Notes under the pieces: model-generated | What the model was told of the DNA's origin: nothing | What the model saw: only the letters and a program-made list of their open reading frames with translations | Databases searched by the model: none | Source: Sarea resinae | Lineage: Eukaryota | Direction: 5' to 3' | DNA length: 54,908 nt | Assembly (NCBI GenBank): GCA_026026165.1 | Contig: JAPEUD010000030.1 | Coordinates: forward strand, 186,001-240,908 | Translations under genes and position numbers: made by a program | Shown: positions 1 through 12,719 of the stretch, piece after piece | Numbering within the stretch: the first letter of the stretch is position 1 | Layout: each line of letters opens with the position of its first letter

Positions 1-363
1 AGGGCGATTACCGATAGCGACTCGGAAGTTTCAGCCCGAACATACGCTGATACCAGGACTTCTGAACGTCAACTACTCAAGCGCTCAATCGCAGAAGCGT
101 CGAAAGATTCTTTAGAGCCTCCAAGGAAGCGAGCCAAGAGAGTCCAAGTGCAGTCCCCGCGCTCAGTCGTGGAGAATTCCCAAGACCTCGAAGTGAATCG
201 GAATGCAAACCCTCAACGAATCCAGCGCCCGATCTTGAGGGGAAATGCCATGCCTGCTGCCCAATCGGCCGCAGCTCCATCTGGCCCGTCGACTCCAGTT
301 ATTGATCCTCGCTCGAAGAACAGATGTGCCCGGAAGAGTAATCAAGCTCCCCTGTTGTCTTGA
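1..363 (+). CDS. Possible 3' end of a gene entering from the left (unknown, Ser/Pro-rich)
   Basis: Frame 1 is open from base 1 to TGA at 361-363 and contains an NLS-like PPRKRAKR. No recognisable domain. Confidence 0.35.
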   Translation, partial: RAITDSDSEVSARTYADTRTSERQLLKRSIAEASKDSLEPPRKRAKRVQVQSPRSVVENSQDLEVNRNANPQRIQRPILRGNAMPAAQSAAAPSGPSTPVIDPRSKNRCARKSNQAPLLS

Positions 364-1083
364 TTGTCTTGCTGATCCTCTATCTCGTCTAGGGAGAATC
401 TAAAGAAATTAGTTCAAGGAAGCAGCCACATGAGTCGACCTTGCTAAACTGGACTTTGTTCGTCTTGCTGGACGTCGATTGATATGCTGAAGAGAACTGA
501 ACCAGCTACATGGCCTCTGTAGCTCAAGTGTCCTTTCTTTTCCATCCATCTGCTTGAGCAATCTCCAGCCTTGCTATGTAGTAGTCGAAGCTGCTCGGGC
601 CTTTGCTCCGTTAGTAATTAGCTAACCCGAAAAACCATTGAAATACAACGTCAGCCACCTGCTTTAAATTTTCAAAATGTCTTTGTTGATTTCGATGCCC
701 CTGTAACGAACGCCAAAGCTATGATACAGTACATAACCGAGCGCAAAGCGTATGTAAGAATACAATACATATAACTCGGCATGCCCGCTGACGCACGACG
801 CACCGATGATGTTTATCCCCTCGCAACGCATCTCGCCGCCGAGAAGCCCGTTGCCCCCAACCTCCCATCCCATCCTATGCTACATTTTCCAGCAAGAGCA
901 ACGAAACCTCGATGGATTGATCTCCAAACTGCGGCATTCGACCACCCGTCTTTGTTGCTCTCGGGCTCCCATCCATCCACTCATCCACTCATCCACACAT
1001 GCAGCTAGCCATCCATCAATTTCCGATCCAGACGGATGTTCTTTTTCTTTCTATTATAGAGATATCGAGATCGAACGGATCGA

Positions 1084-1808
1084 TCACCGGCCACCACCTC
1101 CTCGCTTCTGCTCGAGGAAGAGCACTTTCTTGCGCACTAGAGATTGCGCAGCGTTAGCTAGCTAGTCTTTTTCGCTCAACGGGACGGTTGTTTGTGTGGC
1201 TTGTCTCGTCTCGTAGATTGGGGTTCGCTGTCTCTCTCCCTTCTCGCTCTCCGTTTTCCGTTTTTTTCTCGTGCCAGGTGGGTTCTGCCATTCGCTGTAC
1301 GCAAACAAGGTCTGTCCCTCTCCGTTCTGCAATCCCGTCTATTATTCCCTCTCCTCCCCTCTTCTCCCCTCTGCCACCTCTTCCGCGTCTCCAATCCATC
1401 CCATCCCGCACCACACCACACCAACGAAAACAAACGGAAGCGAAGGGAAAGGAGAGAGGGCATGTCATACCAACAGGATCGTACTTGAGCATGCTCAGCG
1501 GGCGGTGCGTGCGCGGGCGCGACATGGTCTTGTAGTAGCCCGTCAGCGCCATCGAGATCAGGCGCACGGCGATGGTGCGGGATTTGGCTATTTGGTTTCA
1601 ATTGGAGAGAGATTAGTCTTCCGCGCGTTCCCAGGGGAAAGGAACACGGTGGAAACCTGGTGGGAGAAGAGGATGGAGAGAGGCATTGAGTGAGGGGTGG
1701 GAGGAGTTAGGTGGACGGGAGGGGATTGGGCATGGGGATGCGGGCATCGCGGACTGGTGAGTAGGAGGAGGATGGGATGGGATGGGACGGGATACCTTTG
1801 CGCGCCAT
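1084..1808 (-). CDS. MRPL39: Mitochondrial ribosomal protein bL33m (3 exons)
   Basis: Exons 1808-1796, 1587-1471 and 1136-1084 join through GT-AG introns (branch points GACTAAT, GCTAAC). Product: [60 protein letters not shown], with the L33 signature KYDP..RK.VLF.E. Confidence 0.93.
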
Positions 1809-2663
1809 GATCCTTGTGCTCTTCCCAGAAGACGAAGATGCTGTGAGATAGAAGAAGAGGAGGCCGAGGAGAAGACGAGGAGGAGCAGGAACGCAATCGG
1901 TGATGGTAGAAGCCCCGTTCGTTATCTTTCTTCTCGTCAACGACGATGATGATGTTGAAGTCCTACCTTCTCTCTCTCTCTCTCTGGCGCGCCAAGCCTC
2001 AGCACACAATGTACAATGGCAAAGTCCTGCCAAGCCCATACGGGTGGCTCCTGCACCTCACCGTACGCACTCACTCCGGCATCCAGAGAGCTCACAGACG
2101 CAGCTGAATGACTAAGCAGACGAGTCGTTCGTTTAAGGTTCGCTTGTGCGCGAGTAAGGCTCCGTGCCCCCTTGGTCCTCGTACTGCGGTACATCACATC
2201 CCATCCCATCACATCACATTGCATTATTGGATACTTCCGAGTAGATCACATTAAACGGTACACAGTACATTAATGCACGCCTAATGCCAAGATCAGATCC
2301 ATCCACCTATCCATCTACTAGGTACTAGGTACGTACTCGAGTACAGAGTACATCCGATCCAGATCCCAGAACTCCGATATCACCCAGACTCTCCATCCTC
2401 CGAGGAGCTGGAGGTACCAAGCTACCTACACTACTTCGTACCTCATTCCTCTTGAAGCCGTCCCCTCATGCCGGCGGCCGCCACCGCCGCCGGGACCGAA
2501 GGTCGAAGGAAGGGGCCGAGGGGGGGGGGCCGCGGTGCAAAGGTTTTTCCCCAAAACGTTTTTCCGATCTTAGTCCGACGGGCCTGCACTGCCTGCTGCC
2601 GTGGTATAACGGATGGAAGTGCCGGTCTGTTTATTCATGTGAGCGGCCGAGAGGAGAGAGAGT

Positions 2664-2790
2664 CATGAATGGATGGATGGATGGTTGGATGGATGGATGG
2701 TGATGCAGTGTCATGCATGAAGAATGATTCGATGCATGGATACCTGAATGAATGCCTGGATGAATGCCTGAATGAATGAATGAATGCATT
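2664..2790. repeat. (TGGA)n/(TGAA)n tetranucleotide microsatellite region
   Basis: Runs of ATGG and ATGA units are directly visible. Confidence 0.85.
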
Positions 2791-3427
2791 GTCTGCATCA
2801 TTCATCACGTAGAGACATGGATGCATACTTGTTTACGCATACGGAAGACGAAATTGCTTGTTGACTCGATGCCAATGAAGGAGAGATGAGTGGAGAGTAG
2901 AGGTAGTGCTGGGCCACCGGTAATCAACAGCCCCGCGAAGCATGTGAAAAGAGTAAAGTAACGTAGAAAGGAGAGCTGATTGAGACAGGTTCTGGGCGGG
3001 TCTGCTATTGCCGTCGTCGGCGTGGTACATTTCGCGAGACAGGATTATCCTGCTGGTTGTACGGACGAAGTAGTATGCACGGTAGAAGTAGTATGTCTGC
3101 ATGTGTGCAATTATAATTCGATGCTGGGCAATTCTGCGACTATCTTTTGTGTCTAAGATATTGGATATGGATATCACTGTAAGTGTTAAATGCAAGCGAA
3201 CGACCGATAGAAGGAAAAAGAGAGAATCCAAGTCATGGATGAGGTTGATGATAGGCCATGAATGAAAACGACCGGAGATGGTGGGACGCTTTAAAGCCCA
3301 GAAGATGTGGTCGAGAGAACGGAAAAAGAAGGACGAGAAGACTAAAAGCACAACCTCTATATATAATCCCCTTCAGCGCCAGTCACATGAATTTATTGGC
3401 CCCGGGGCCCTGGGATATCCACGCCCT

Positions 3428-6400
3428 TTACTTTTCCCCAGTCGTGGTCGCGGCCGCCGTCGCACTCGGAGCAGTGGTGGCAGGCTTCCTCTTCCGCTGG
3501 AACAGTCCCGTGATCTTCTCGATGATCCTGGGGAAGCCAATCTCTGAATGCAGATAATAGCACAAGAAGAAAAGCACGGTGTTGAAAACGATATAAGCAC
3601 ACAAGAATCCGACGTTTCTCCACCGATCATCCCAGCTCATGTTGACGCCGGCCAGGTAGACGTCCGCGACCTTGTAGCGACAGAATTCGCAGTCGGCCGT
3701 GGCGTCCGGGTTGTAGATGGCGGCCATGGAGGCCTCAGCAAATGCACCCGCGAATGATCCACAGGTTTGGCCTTGGGGCGGTTGGAAGATGTTCACTTCT
3801 GCGGCCGCGCACTTGACCGGTACGTCGTGCACGCCATCAGCCATGATGGCGCTGACGAGCCAGGTAAAGGGCGAGACATAGTAGGCAAAGTGCCAGAAGC
3901 CGACGAGTTGGGCGAGCGGCTGGACAACGCCGGTAAAGGCGAGGATGAAGGTGAAGAAGAGAATAGTAAGCATGGCCGCGGTTTCGGCGTCGGGCGCGAC
4001 GATTGCGAGAGCCTGCGAGAATGACGTGTGGTAGAACTGGTAAAGAATGAAGAGGAACCACATGAAGGCCCCGCGCCCTTGGTCGATGTCCTGCCACCAT
4101 CCTACAGGGAAGTACCAGCACAGGAAGCAGAGCGTGGCGATGACGACGTTGTACGGGATCTCGGTCAGGATGGATGCAATGACGAACACACTCCAGTGGT
4201 AAATCTTGGACGGCTTCTCACGAACGGCGTAAAGCTCGCGATATTCGATTAGACGGGGCTGAAGTTGAACGATCAGAACCAGACAGAGAATGAGAATCAT
4301 GAAGATGGCGAAGAGTTTGTTCTGGAGACCCTGGACGGAATTGTTTTCCTTGTAAAAGGTGAAACCGAGGAAGAGACCACCGACAACGTTCATAAGAAGC
4401 TTGCCACGAATGTAAACGGGCGAACGCCAGTACTGTTGGAAGAGACGCTTCTGCACGGCCAAGTACTGACTGATCCAGGGCATTGCGTAGCCGCTTGCGA
4501 TGTTGTGGGAAGGAGGAGATTGTTCTTTGCCCGATGTGGCGATGGTTTCGATCTCTTCCTTGACGCGCTGGGCTTCCGGAGACGCGTTCCACGTCTCGGA
4601 CCAATCTTGTGTTGCATGAGCGGTAGCACCAGCGCCAACGCAGTCCAGGATGTACTCTGCTGGGTTGGCCTTGTCGCCGCAAGGAGGTGCACCGTTCTTC
4701 TCAAAGTAGTTGGTAAGCGTCTGGGAATTTTGACCAATGTCGCCAAAGTATACTGTCTTTCCGCCCTTGGCCAAGAGCAGAATACGGTCGAATTGCTCGA
4801 AGAGGACGGCGGAAGGCTGATGGATGGTGCAGAGAATGGCTTGCCCTGCATCGGCGAGTTCTCTCAGAAACTTGACAATGGACCAAGCAGACTGGGAGTC
4901 AAGGCCAGAAGTCGGCTCATCCAAGAAGAGAAGAAGTGCGGGTTTGGCAACAAGCTCGAGACCGATCGTAGTACGCTTTCTCTGCTCGACATTGAGACCC
5001 TCACCGGGTACACCAATGACAGCCTCGGCGTATTTCTCCATTCCCAATGCGGCAATAATCTTCTCGACATAGTCATACTTCTCGGCCTTGGGGACCTCCT
5101 TGGGCTGTCTCAACAAAGCAGAGAAGCGGAGAGCCTCACGAACAGTGGCTTCTGCGAGATGAAGATCTTGCTGTTGAACATAACCAGTACGACGTTGGAA
5201 CGAGCGATCGAGAGGAGACCCGTTGACAAGAGCATCACCAGTGACAACGCCCATGTTGATTCTCTGGGCGAGAACGTTCAGAAGCGTTGTCTTACCAGCG
5301 CCGGATTCTCCCATAAGAGCGGTCAAAGTACCTGGTTTGACATAGCCTTGGACGTTGTTCAGTAGTCGACGGGGAGTTCCTTTGATTTCGATGTCATAAC
5401 AGATGTTTTTCCACGAAAAGATATCCTCGCTTTTAGCAACTGCATCGAGAGCAGCTTGTTCTTGACCAGCAGGCACGAAATGCTCGGTTCGGTCCTCGAG
5501 ATCATCAGGCTTTGGCGCGCGTTTGAGAGACAGAACCGGCTTATGGAAGATGAGGTATTCGCCTTTCGAGGTGGCCGGCTTCATGAATTCCACGGCGGTG
5601 GCGTAGGTGAAAACGAAGAAGACGAAGAATGCGATGCAAATACCGAGATTTCTCCATAGATGCGAGTAGTAGTATGAGAATGAGAGCGCGAGATATTCGT
5701 CACCGTCCACGTACATTTGACCTGGCTTGGAGCCTGTCACAGCGCAGACTTGATTCGCGAGCGACACGTTCTCGAAGCCTGGTCCGGACGGTACCAAGGA
5801 CGTGCAGAGGGAGTGTCGGCCGTGAAACTCGTTGACCATCTGAGCCTCAATAGCATAGTAGATAGGGTTGATATAGCTGATCCACTTGAACCAAGGGTGC
5901 ATGGAAGGTCTGGGGATGATGTAGCCGGCATAGATACCAAGGGGTAACATGACCAGACCTGCAACAGCCAAAGCAGTTTCGACGCGATTGGTGATAGCGG
6001 CGATGGTCCGGAAGACACCTGTCATGGTGAGGGTGATCATATAAGTAAACAGAAGGAAGACAAAAAATGCTCCGGCTTCGCGCTTAAAATTCGCCAAAAA
6101 GTAGATGATGATACTGAAGACCGCGACGTTCATGAACTTGATCGGATACTGAGATATCATAGTTGCCAGGGCATCCACGAAAGGATGATACATGGCGTAT
6201 GACTTGTGCTTCTCCACGATGGGTCGTTGAGAAAATTGAGCGCTAATTTCGGCGAAATTGACAAGAATGTTGAAAAGCACGGAGAAATAGATGACACCTC
6301 CTTTGGAGAAGAAGCCGCTAGTATCTTCACTGATATCCCAGAACATAGAGCCGATAATTAGAGAAATGAAGACCATGGTGGAGATGATTGTAACCGTATA

Positions 6401-7959
6401 AGCCTTGTCGCCCTGAATTCTCTGGTAAGCCCGCAACATCGTTGCCAAGAATTGCTCCCACAGGTTCAGCGTGTACGGAGATGCTTTCCGAGTACCGACA
6501 GATTTCTCTGCAGCCTGGATAGTCTTGAATTTATCCAGGGTTTCGGAGTCGCCAGGGGGATATCGTCTTTTGTGTTCTTCGATCTCCGCAAGCAGTGCCT
6601 GATAGTAAGTGCTAGCCTTCCAGCGAGCAGCGAATTCAGCAGGCGTACGAGGAACCCGGTCTTCGAAACCCGGTAAGATTTCTCGTGCGTGCTCGTCCGT
6701 GATGGCGGTGAGAAATTCCGCGGTAGTCTGGCGAGGAGCACAATAGAATCCCATCTCCGTGAAGAAATGCCTGGCATCATCAAGCTCGCCAAACCAGATC
6801 TGGTAACCGAGATACAGGACAGTAACTTTGTCGTACACTTCAACGAGATTGTCACCAGGTTGATATAGAGCACTGACGGCAACATTATGAGTAAGGTTGG
6901 TTGCCACACGGAGAGCTTGAGCAAATTCCAGGGAAGTCGACGAGTCCAGGCCTCGTGTCGGGTTATCCCAGTAAGTAACAGACGCTCGAGTGGTAAGCTA
7001 TTTCCATTAGCAGGTTTCGACCGTAAAATGGATGACCAGAAGCTTACCATTTCCGCAATCGAGACACGCTTCCGTTCACCTCCAGACACACCGCGAATGA
7101 AGTCGTTTCCAACCTTGGTGTTGAAGGTGTGCCTCAATCCGAAGGTGGCACCAAGAATATCCCTTAGCCGGTGGATGTACTCTTCTCTCGACATGCCGTT
7201 AAGTCTCTGCCTCGGAGTCCTTGTCCTTGCTGCGAAGTCCAAGGTCTGCGAGACAGTGAGATGGGGGAAATGGTTCTCGACCTCAGCGTTGTACACAACA
7301 TATCCGCGGAAACGTTTCTTCATCTTCTCAACGGAGATGCCACTATAGGCAACATCGCCGTCCCAATGAACGTAACTCTCCGTGTGGCCAGCAAGGGTCT
7401 TGAGTAGGGTTGAGCATCCACTACCGGGACGACCAAGAAGTAAAAGCATCTCCCCTTCCTTGACCACACCATCGATTCCGTGAAGGATCTGACGAGTCGG
7501 TTTCTTCTGGAACAGACGAGCGCAGAAAGTGAAGACATCAGTGAGGATGGAGAGAACATCCTTCTGAGAAGTAACATCCAGACTCTCACCAAAGACTTCT
7601 ATATTTTGCCAGCGTACTGAGACGTTGGACGAGATTGGGGCTGCACCATCGTTCTCAGCACGTTCGACAGCAACTCTCAACGTGCGCTCTAGGGTCCAAG
7701 CAGGATTGTTGGTGTCGAAAGGGTCCGTAATACTCTTTTGCCCCGTGGTACGTCTAGAAAGGGTTCGGAAAAGGTTGTCGGCATCCTTCTGACTATAGTT
7801 GGTCGGCAATTCGCCAGTCTCTTGGATGTCGTCCAAGGCATGGCCTTTTTGGCTTGTGACGGTGATGCTCGACACATCGGTCTCTGAAGAAGCGGTAGTT
7901 CCTGCAGTATTGCCCCTATCGACGGCCTGGGCATCCTTCTCTTTCTCGTACACATCCAT
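3428..7959 (-). CDS. Full-size PDR/ABCG-family ABC multidrug transporter (~1493 aa, one intron 6998-7047)
   Basis: NBD1 has degenerate Walker A GRPGSGCST, signature VSGGERKRVSIAE and (after splicing) YWDNPTRGLDS. NBD2 has GESGAGKTT, LNVEQRKR and LFLDEPTSGLDSQ. Two TMD blocks with WRNLGI/WRNVGF motifs. The intron GTAAGC...TAG joins ORFs 6466..7959 and 3428..6907 in frame. Confidence 0.97.
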
Positions 7960-8360
7960 GATGAAGCGTTGAGCGGTACTAGTGGGTATAAATTTGAATT
8001 GAAGAGCAAGAGCGTTGCCCTTGGGCAGACCTGGAAGGGTCTGAAAAGTAGATGGGAATTCAGGCTCGATTAGATAGATGCCCTACGTTGGATGAAATGA
8101 ACAAGAAGGGAAAACAAGCTGTGATCCGACAGCTGTTGATGACGGATAAGTATCCAAGCAAAAACCGGCCAAGCCCAAGGCTTGGGGGTCGAGCAGCGAT
8201 ATATAAGAGAGACCAATTATAGATCCTCGTGGGGACAGGGAGAAGCCAGAAAGAAAAAGCGCAGATTGATAATGATCAATCACCAAATTCGGTGACTGCA
8301 CACGCAAGAGCTCCACCAGCGCCAGAGCTCTGGAAGATTTCCAGGGCCGTTCGGGGGGGC

Positions 8361-8374
8361 CTTCGGCACCGAAG
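8361..8374. promoter_or_regulatory. Palindromic CTTCGG-CA-CCGAAG, candidate Zn2Cys6 binding site
   Basis: Perfect inverted CGG triplets with a 2-bp spacer in the divergent ABC/TF intergenic region. A second TCGG-AG-CCGA lies at 8931-8940. Confidence 0.35.
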
Positions 8375-9162
8375 AGATGAGATGCACGACTCAGATCCAA
8401 CAGACTGAGATATCTCATCCCGAAGAGGATGGGTAGAGCAGAGTACTACGCACATAGTGGTAGTCATGTAGTACGAGTAGTGGAGGCCTATTCGAGATTG
8501 CAGCTTGATTGATTGATGTTCAACCAAGATTGGGAGAGTGGAAGGAGCGGTTTTCGGCAATGAGGTGGGCTAGCGCTGACGCTAGGATCGTAGTAACGCC
8601 GTAGCAGGGCATGGCCACCGGGCCAGTGGGCCAGGGGGCCAGTGGGCTGCCCTGGGCAGTCACAGATGCACGCATGGCTGCGTACTACCGTAGATGTACG
8701 AACATCAAGTACGGAGCACCAAGTACGACGGGAAGTACAAAGTACTCTGTACGAAATAACTTCATGACGCAGTCCAGTCCGTGGCAGTCCAGGGTCGAGG
8801 CCCCTCGGGCTTCCCCCTAAGCCCTCCGAACCAGCGCGCGGCCCTCGTCCCTCCCCCCTTCCGGGTCTAGCGCCACAGAGATTCTTCCGATGCCGTCTGC
8901 CTTCCATGTTGGCATGTGCCGTCGGATCATTCGGAGCCGAGGGAGGCTGAGGCGAAATTCGGACTTCGGGGCGGAGGTAAAGAATCTTCCAAGTTCCACC
9001 GCACTCTCTCCTCTTCCCCCCCCCACCCCCCCTGCTATCATGGATGCATCCACGCATCTAAAGACTCAGTCGTCGCCGAATTTCCGAGACCTTGACAAGT
9101 GAAAGTGAAAGCTCGGCATCCCGTGGATTCTTGAACATCGAAGTCCATTTGGTGACTCGGAG

Positions 9163-12138
9163 ATGCCGAAAGCTTCAGACGCTCTCCCTGCGAAGCTCGC
9201 CAAATCATGTGACGTGTGCAAGGCCCGCAAAGTGCGATGTATGTCCATCACGATCCGGAGAGGAGAGGAGGGGCATGAGGATGATCACGGATTATATAGA
9301 AAGGCCGTGATGGTGGTCTGAACTGACGATCTGTGTACCTTTCTAGGTGACGGCGATCGGACTGGGTGTAACAACTGCAAGGTATGCATCGATGGTGGTG
9401 GTGGCATTGGTGCCACTGATACCGGTGGCATCCGGGAATTGCCCTTCCGACTTGCTGACAATTGATTAGAAACGTCGTTTGAATTGCCATTACAGTTATG
9501 CGAAAAAACCTCGAAAGAGGACGAGACTTGATCCCCAAGTTTCTGCGATTCACGATGGTATTATTTTCTTTTTCCAAATGTTGGCTCCATGGTACTCTGA
9601 TGCAGGGCTCACCTCTTTCCCAGCATCTCAATCGCCATTGTCCGCGTCGAAATCCGCTCTGGACGATGGCAGATCTGCGGCCGCCTCTTTGACGTCTATG
9701 AGCGTGGGCGGTGCTCCAATTCCAAGCTTTCAGAATGGACTAATCCCATCCGCAAGAGATCCGAATCTCTTACCTCGTCTCAATGCTTCTGATGGCGGCC
9801 CCATGATGGATCCAACTGTCTCTACTGGACTTCCGAAGCTTTACGTTGATCATCTCCTGGCAGACCGTCAGACTCCGGCAAGGCGTAGTGATGAAATCTC
9901 TCCGTTCAAGGTAACCAATTATTTTGCTGAAGTGTGAAGGGTTGAGCTGACCTGATCTAGGCAAATGAATTCACAGGCACGGCAGCACTCCTACGGACAT
10001 GTAATTCATCACTAATTTTCCACCAGGAACTAGTTCTAGCATCGCTTTCTTTTCGGCGAGCAGGATGTCATCTCTTTCAGCTCGTCTCGGACACGATAAG
10101 CTGAACAAACTTGTCGAGAAGATTGAGATTGTCATAAACACGCGTATGAAAGGCATTGACAAGGTTCCAAGCTCCGTATCAATACCCGAGAGGCCCAAGG
10201 CAGGCTCTTTGGCAGCGAGAGAGCTGGAAGCTGCTTGCATACGAGGTTTGTTAGGATCCGCGCTGTATCTTGCTCCAGCTAAAATGTCGTAGCCTATTTC
10301 CACCAAATGCATCCAATATATCCGTTTTTAGATCGGCGCAGCTTCGAAGAAAGGGCATTCAATCCTGGACTTGCCAACATGCTTGCCAATGACAAGGCCT
10401 GGTGTGCTTTATATCATGCGGTCCTTGCCATCGGTTCGCAGTATTGCGATGGAGGGAGCTTTGAACCCGGAAAAGGACAAGCATGGGATTTCTTCGAAGT
10501 TGCTCTTTCTCTCTTCCCTGACCTTCTCCTTCCGAGGGGATCTTTGATGATTGTGCAGGTCAGTATCTTCGTGAGATTTTGAGGACATTACTGACACACG
10601 ACAGGCCGTGACAGCAATGGTATGACAATCAAGGTTTTCGATATGTCAAAGCTAATCAATCTCAGGCAATATATGCACTCAATGTATCCTGTCTCCAAAT
10701 CGAATACGTCATGGTCTCGGAAGGTGCAAGAATGGCACAAGCCTTGGGATATCACAGAGTGACGGGTTCGAGTGAAGGGGTGTGCCATCGAACCTTTTGG
10801 GTTTTATACTCACTGGAGAAGACGACATGCTTCCATGCCGGGAGAAGCTCTGTGTGTATCTTTCGTGATTGTTTTAACGTCAAATCTAACGTGGCTAGGT
10901 CCTGATGGATGCTGATATTGGTTGTCCGATCCCATTCGTACCCGAAGCCAGTTTCGGAAACCTGGATTGGTTCCTGGCATTTGCCAGATATAGCCGGCTG
11001 GTGTCTCAGATCTACAACCTACTATTCTCGATCAGCTCGACGGGCAATTCGGCCAAGGTGTATTATACGAGGGTCGACCAGTTGGGAGAAGAACTCGAGC
11101 GCTGGCGCATGTCGATACCGGAGGAATTTCGACCCGACGAAATATTTCGAGCGCGGGCATTGCCCGAGGCTCTTGGTGTTGCCATTGCTCTTCGTCTGCA
11201 GTACTTTTACTACAACGCACTTCTGTCGTTGTGTCGGACGACGCTACATGTCTCATCGGAAGACAATTACGGAGCGGTTAGACAGCAAGAGAGCAGAAGG
11301 CTGCTAATGAAGACGGCTCGATCGATCCTGGAGCTCACCAAGTACGTCGAGGTGGAGACATATACGCCTTTATGGTATGTTGAGGACAGCGAGGTATCAT
11401 CGGACCTGGTGCTGATGCTGATGTACCCACAGGATCCTAGTCGTCATGCCTCTCTCGGCCTTGTTTATCCTCTTTGACCTCGTCGTGCATAATCCCACCC
11501 ACCCAGAGACGAACAACAATCTCGCGCTCCTCGACGTTGCCAGCGGCCACTTCAGTCGCCTCGAATATGCAAGCAGTGGATCTCTCCCGGGGTCCCTGGT
11601 CGCCGAGTTTGCGCACATCGCCCGCCAGTACGTCCGAGACATTCAGCTCGCCGAATATGCCAAGGAGAACAGCGGGGCTGCGGATATGGCGACGGGTGGC
11701 AGCACGACGCCGAGCGGGATGTCGGCGATGACCCCTCAACGCATGGATCCGGCCACGGGATTTGGAATTGTGAGTCTACTCTTTCTATCGGTTCATGTCG
11801 AATAATCCTCTCTCCTGAATACCTTCGTTGTACGCCTTCACCCGTACAAACAACTAATTCGTGTCAATCAGAACCAAGCGCAATTCCCCCTCCCGTCTCC
11901 GCCAGGTGGTCTCTTTTTCCCCATGATCGATGACCCAAACTACATGCCGGATGGCGGTTTCCCAATGGGCATCGACGTGATGAATCTGTTCGACCTGGCG
12001 ATTCCGGGCCTCGACCCCACGTTCGACAGTCAGGCGCTAATGGCACCACCACCACCGCCACTGCCGCCTCCTCGGCCACCGCAACAGCAGCAGCAGCAGC
12101 AGCCGACTCAAGCTTCGCAGCCGCAACAGGGCCCATAG
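9163..12138 (+). CDS. Zn(II)2Cys6 fungal transcription factor with Fungal_trans middle region (multi-exon)
   Basis: Spliced N-terminus MPKASDALPAKLAKSCDVCKARKVRC|DGDRTGCNNCK|KRRLNCHY (exons 9163-9238, 9347-9381, 9470-). Middle homology motifs HPIYPFLD, ARMAQALGYHR and RTFWVLYSLEK. Pro/Gln-rich C-terminus ends at TAG 12136-12138. Confidence 0.92.
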
Positions 12139-12666
12139 GTTGTGGATGAGCGTGTAATGAGATCTGTTGGACGCACTTGATAGACTAGATTTGTACGATT
12201 AGTACGATTGGCATGGACCGGAGTGCTATGGGACGGACTGGACCGGATGGACTGGACTGGACTGGTCTGGTATGGTATGATATTGTACAGTATGAAAAGG
12301 ACGGAATGAATCTCAGTACAGCAACAATACCAACGGCAAAATAGACAAAAGGGAAGGCGACGGAGCAGGAAATCAAGCACCATGGAGGGGGGGTAAAGGG
12401 GGGACGGGGAACCTTGGAAGGGACTTTTATCATTTCGGATCTCATCAGCATCATCAGCATCTGTTCCGCTCTCTTCGGTCCTGTTCTGTTTCGGTTTTCG
12501 CAGTAGATTCATTAGTCGGAGATGGATTTCCCCCACGGATCCTGACGGGCGTGTTTTGCTTTTCTATAGCTGGGACAACGTCTTAGAAGAACGGAAAAAG
12601 GTCGTGAAGAATACAACGTACATGGACGAGTTCTACATATATAGATAGATAGATATCTTTCGTCAC

Positions 12667-12693
12667 TGTGTGTGTGTGTGTGTGTGTGTGTGT
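12667..12693. repeat. (TG)n microsatellite
   Basis: Directly visible. Confidence 0.95.
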
Positions 12694-12719
12694 GGTCGAG
12701 CATACTGAAAAATGGAGTC

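Noticed and set aside
1137..1795. Long MRPL39 introns as snoRNA hosts or stwintrons
   Set aside because: No convincing C/D or H/ACA boxes or nested splice sites seen; mostly purine/pyrimidine simple repeats.
4265..5365. 366-aa ORF on the + strand
   Set aside because: Antisense shadow of ABC transporter NBD2 caused by codon bias; no independent features.
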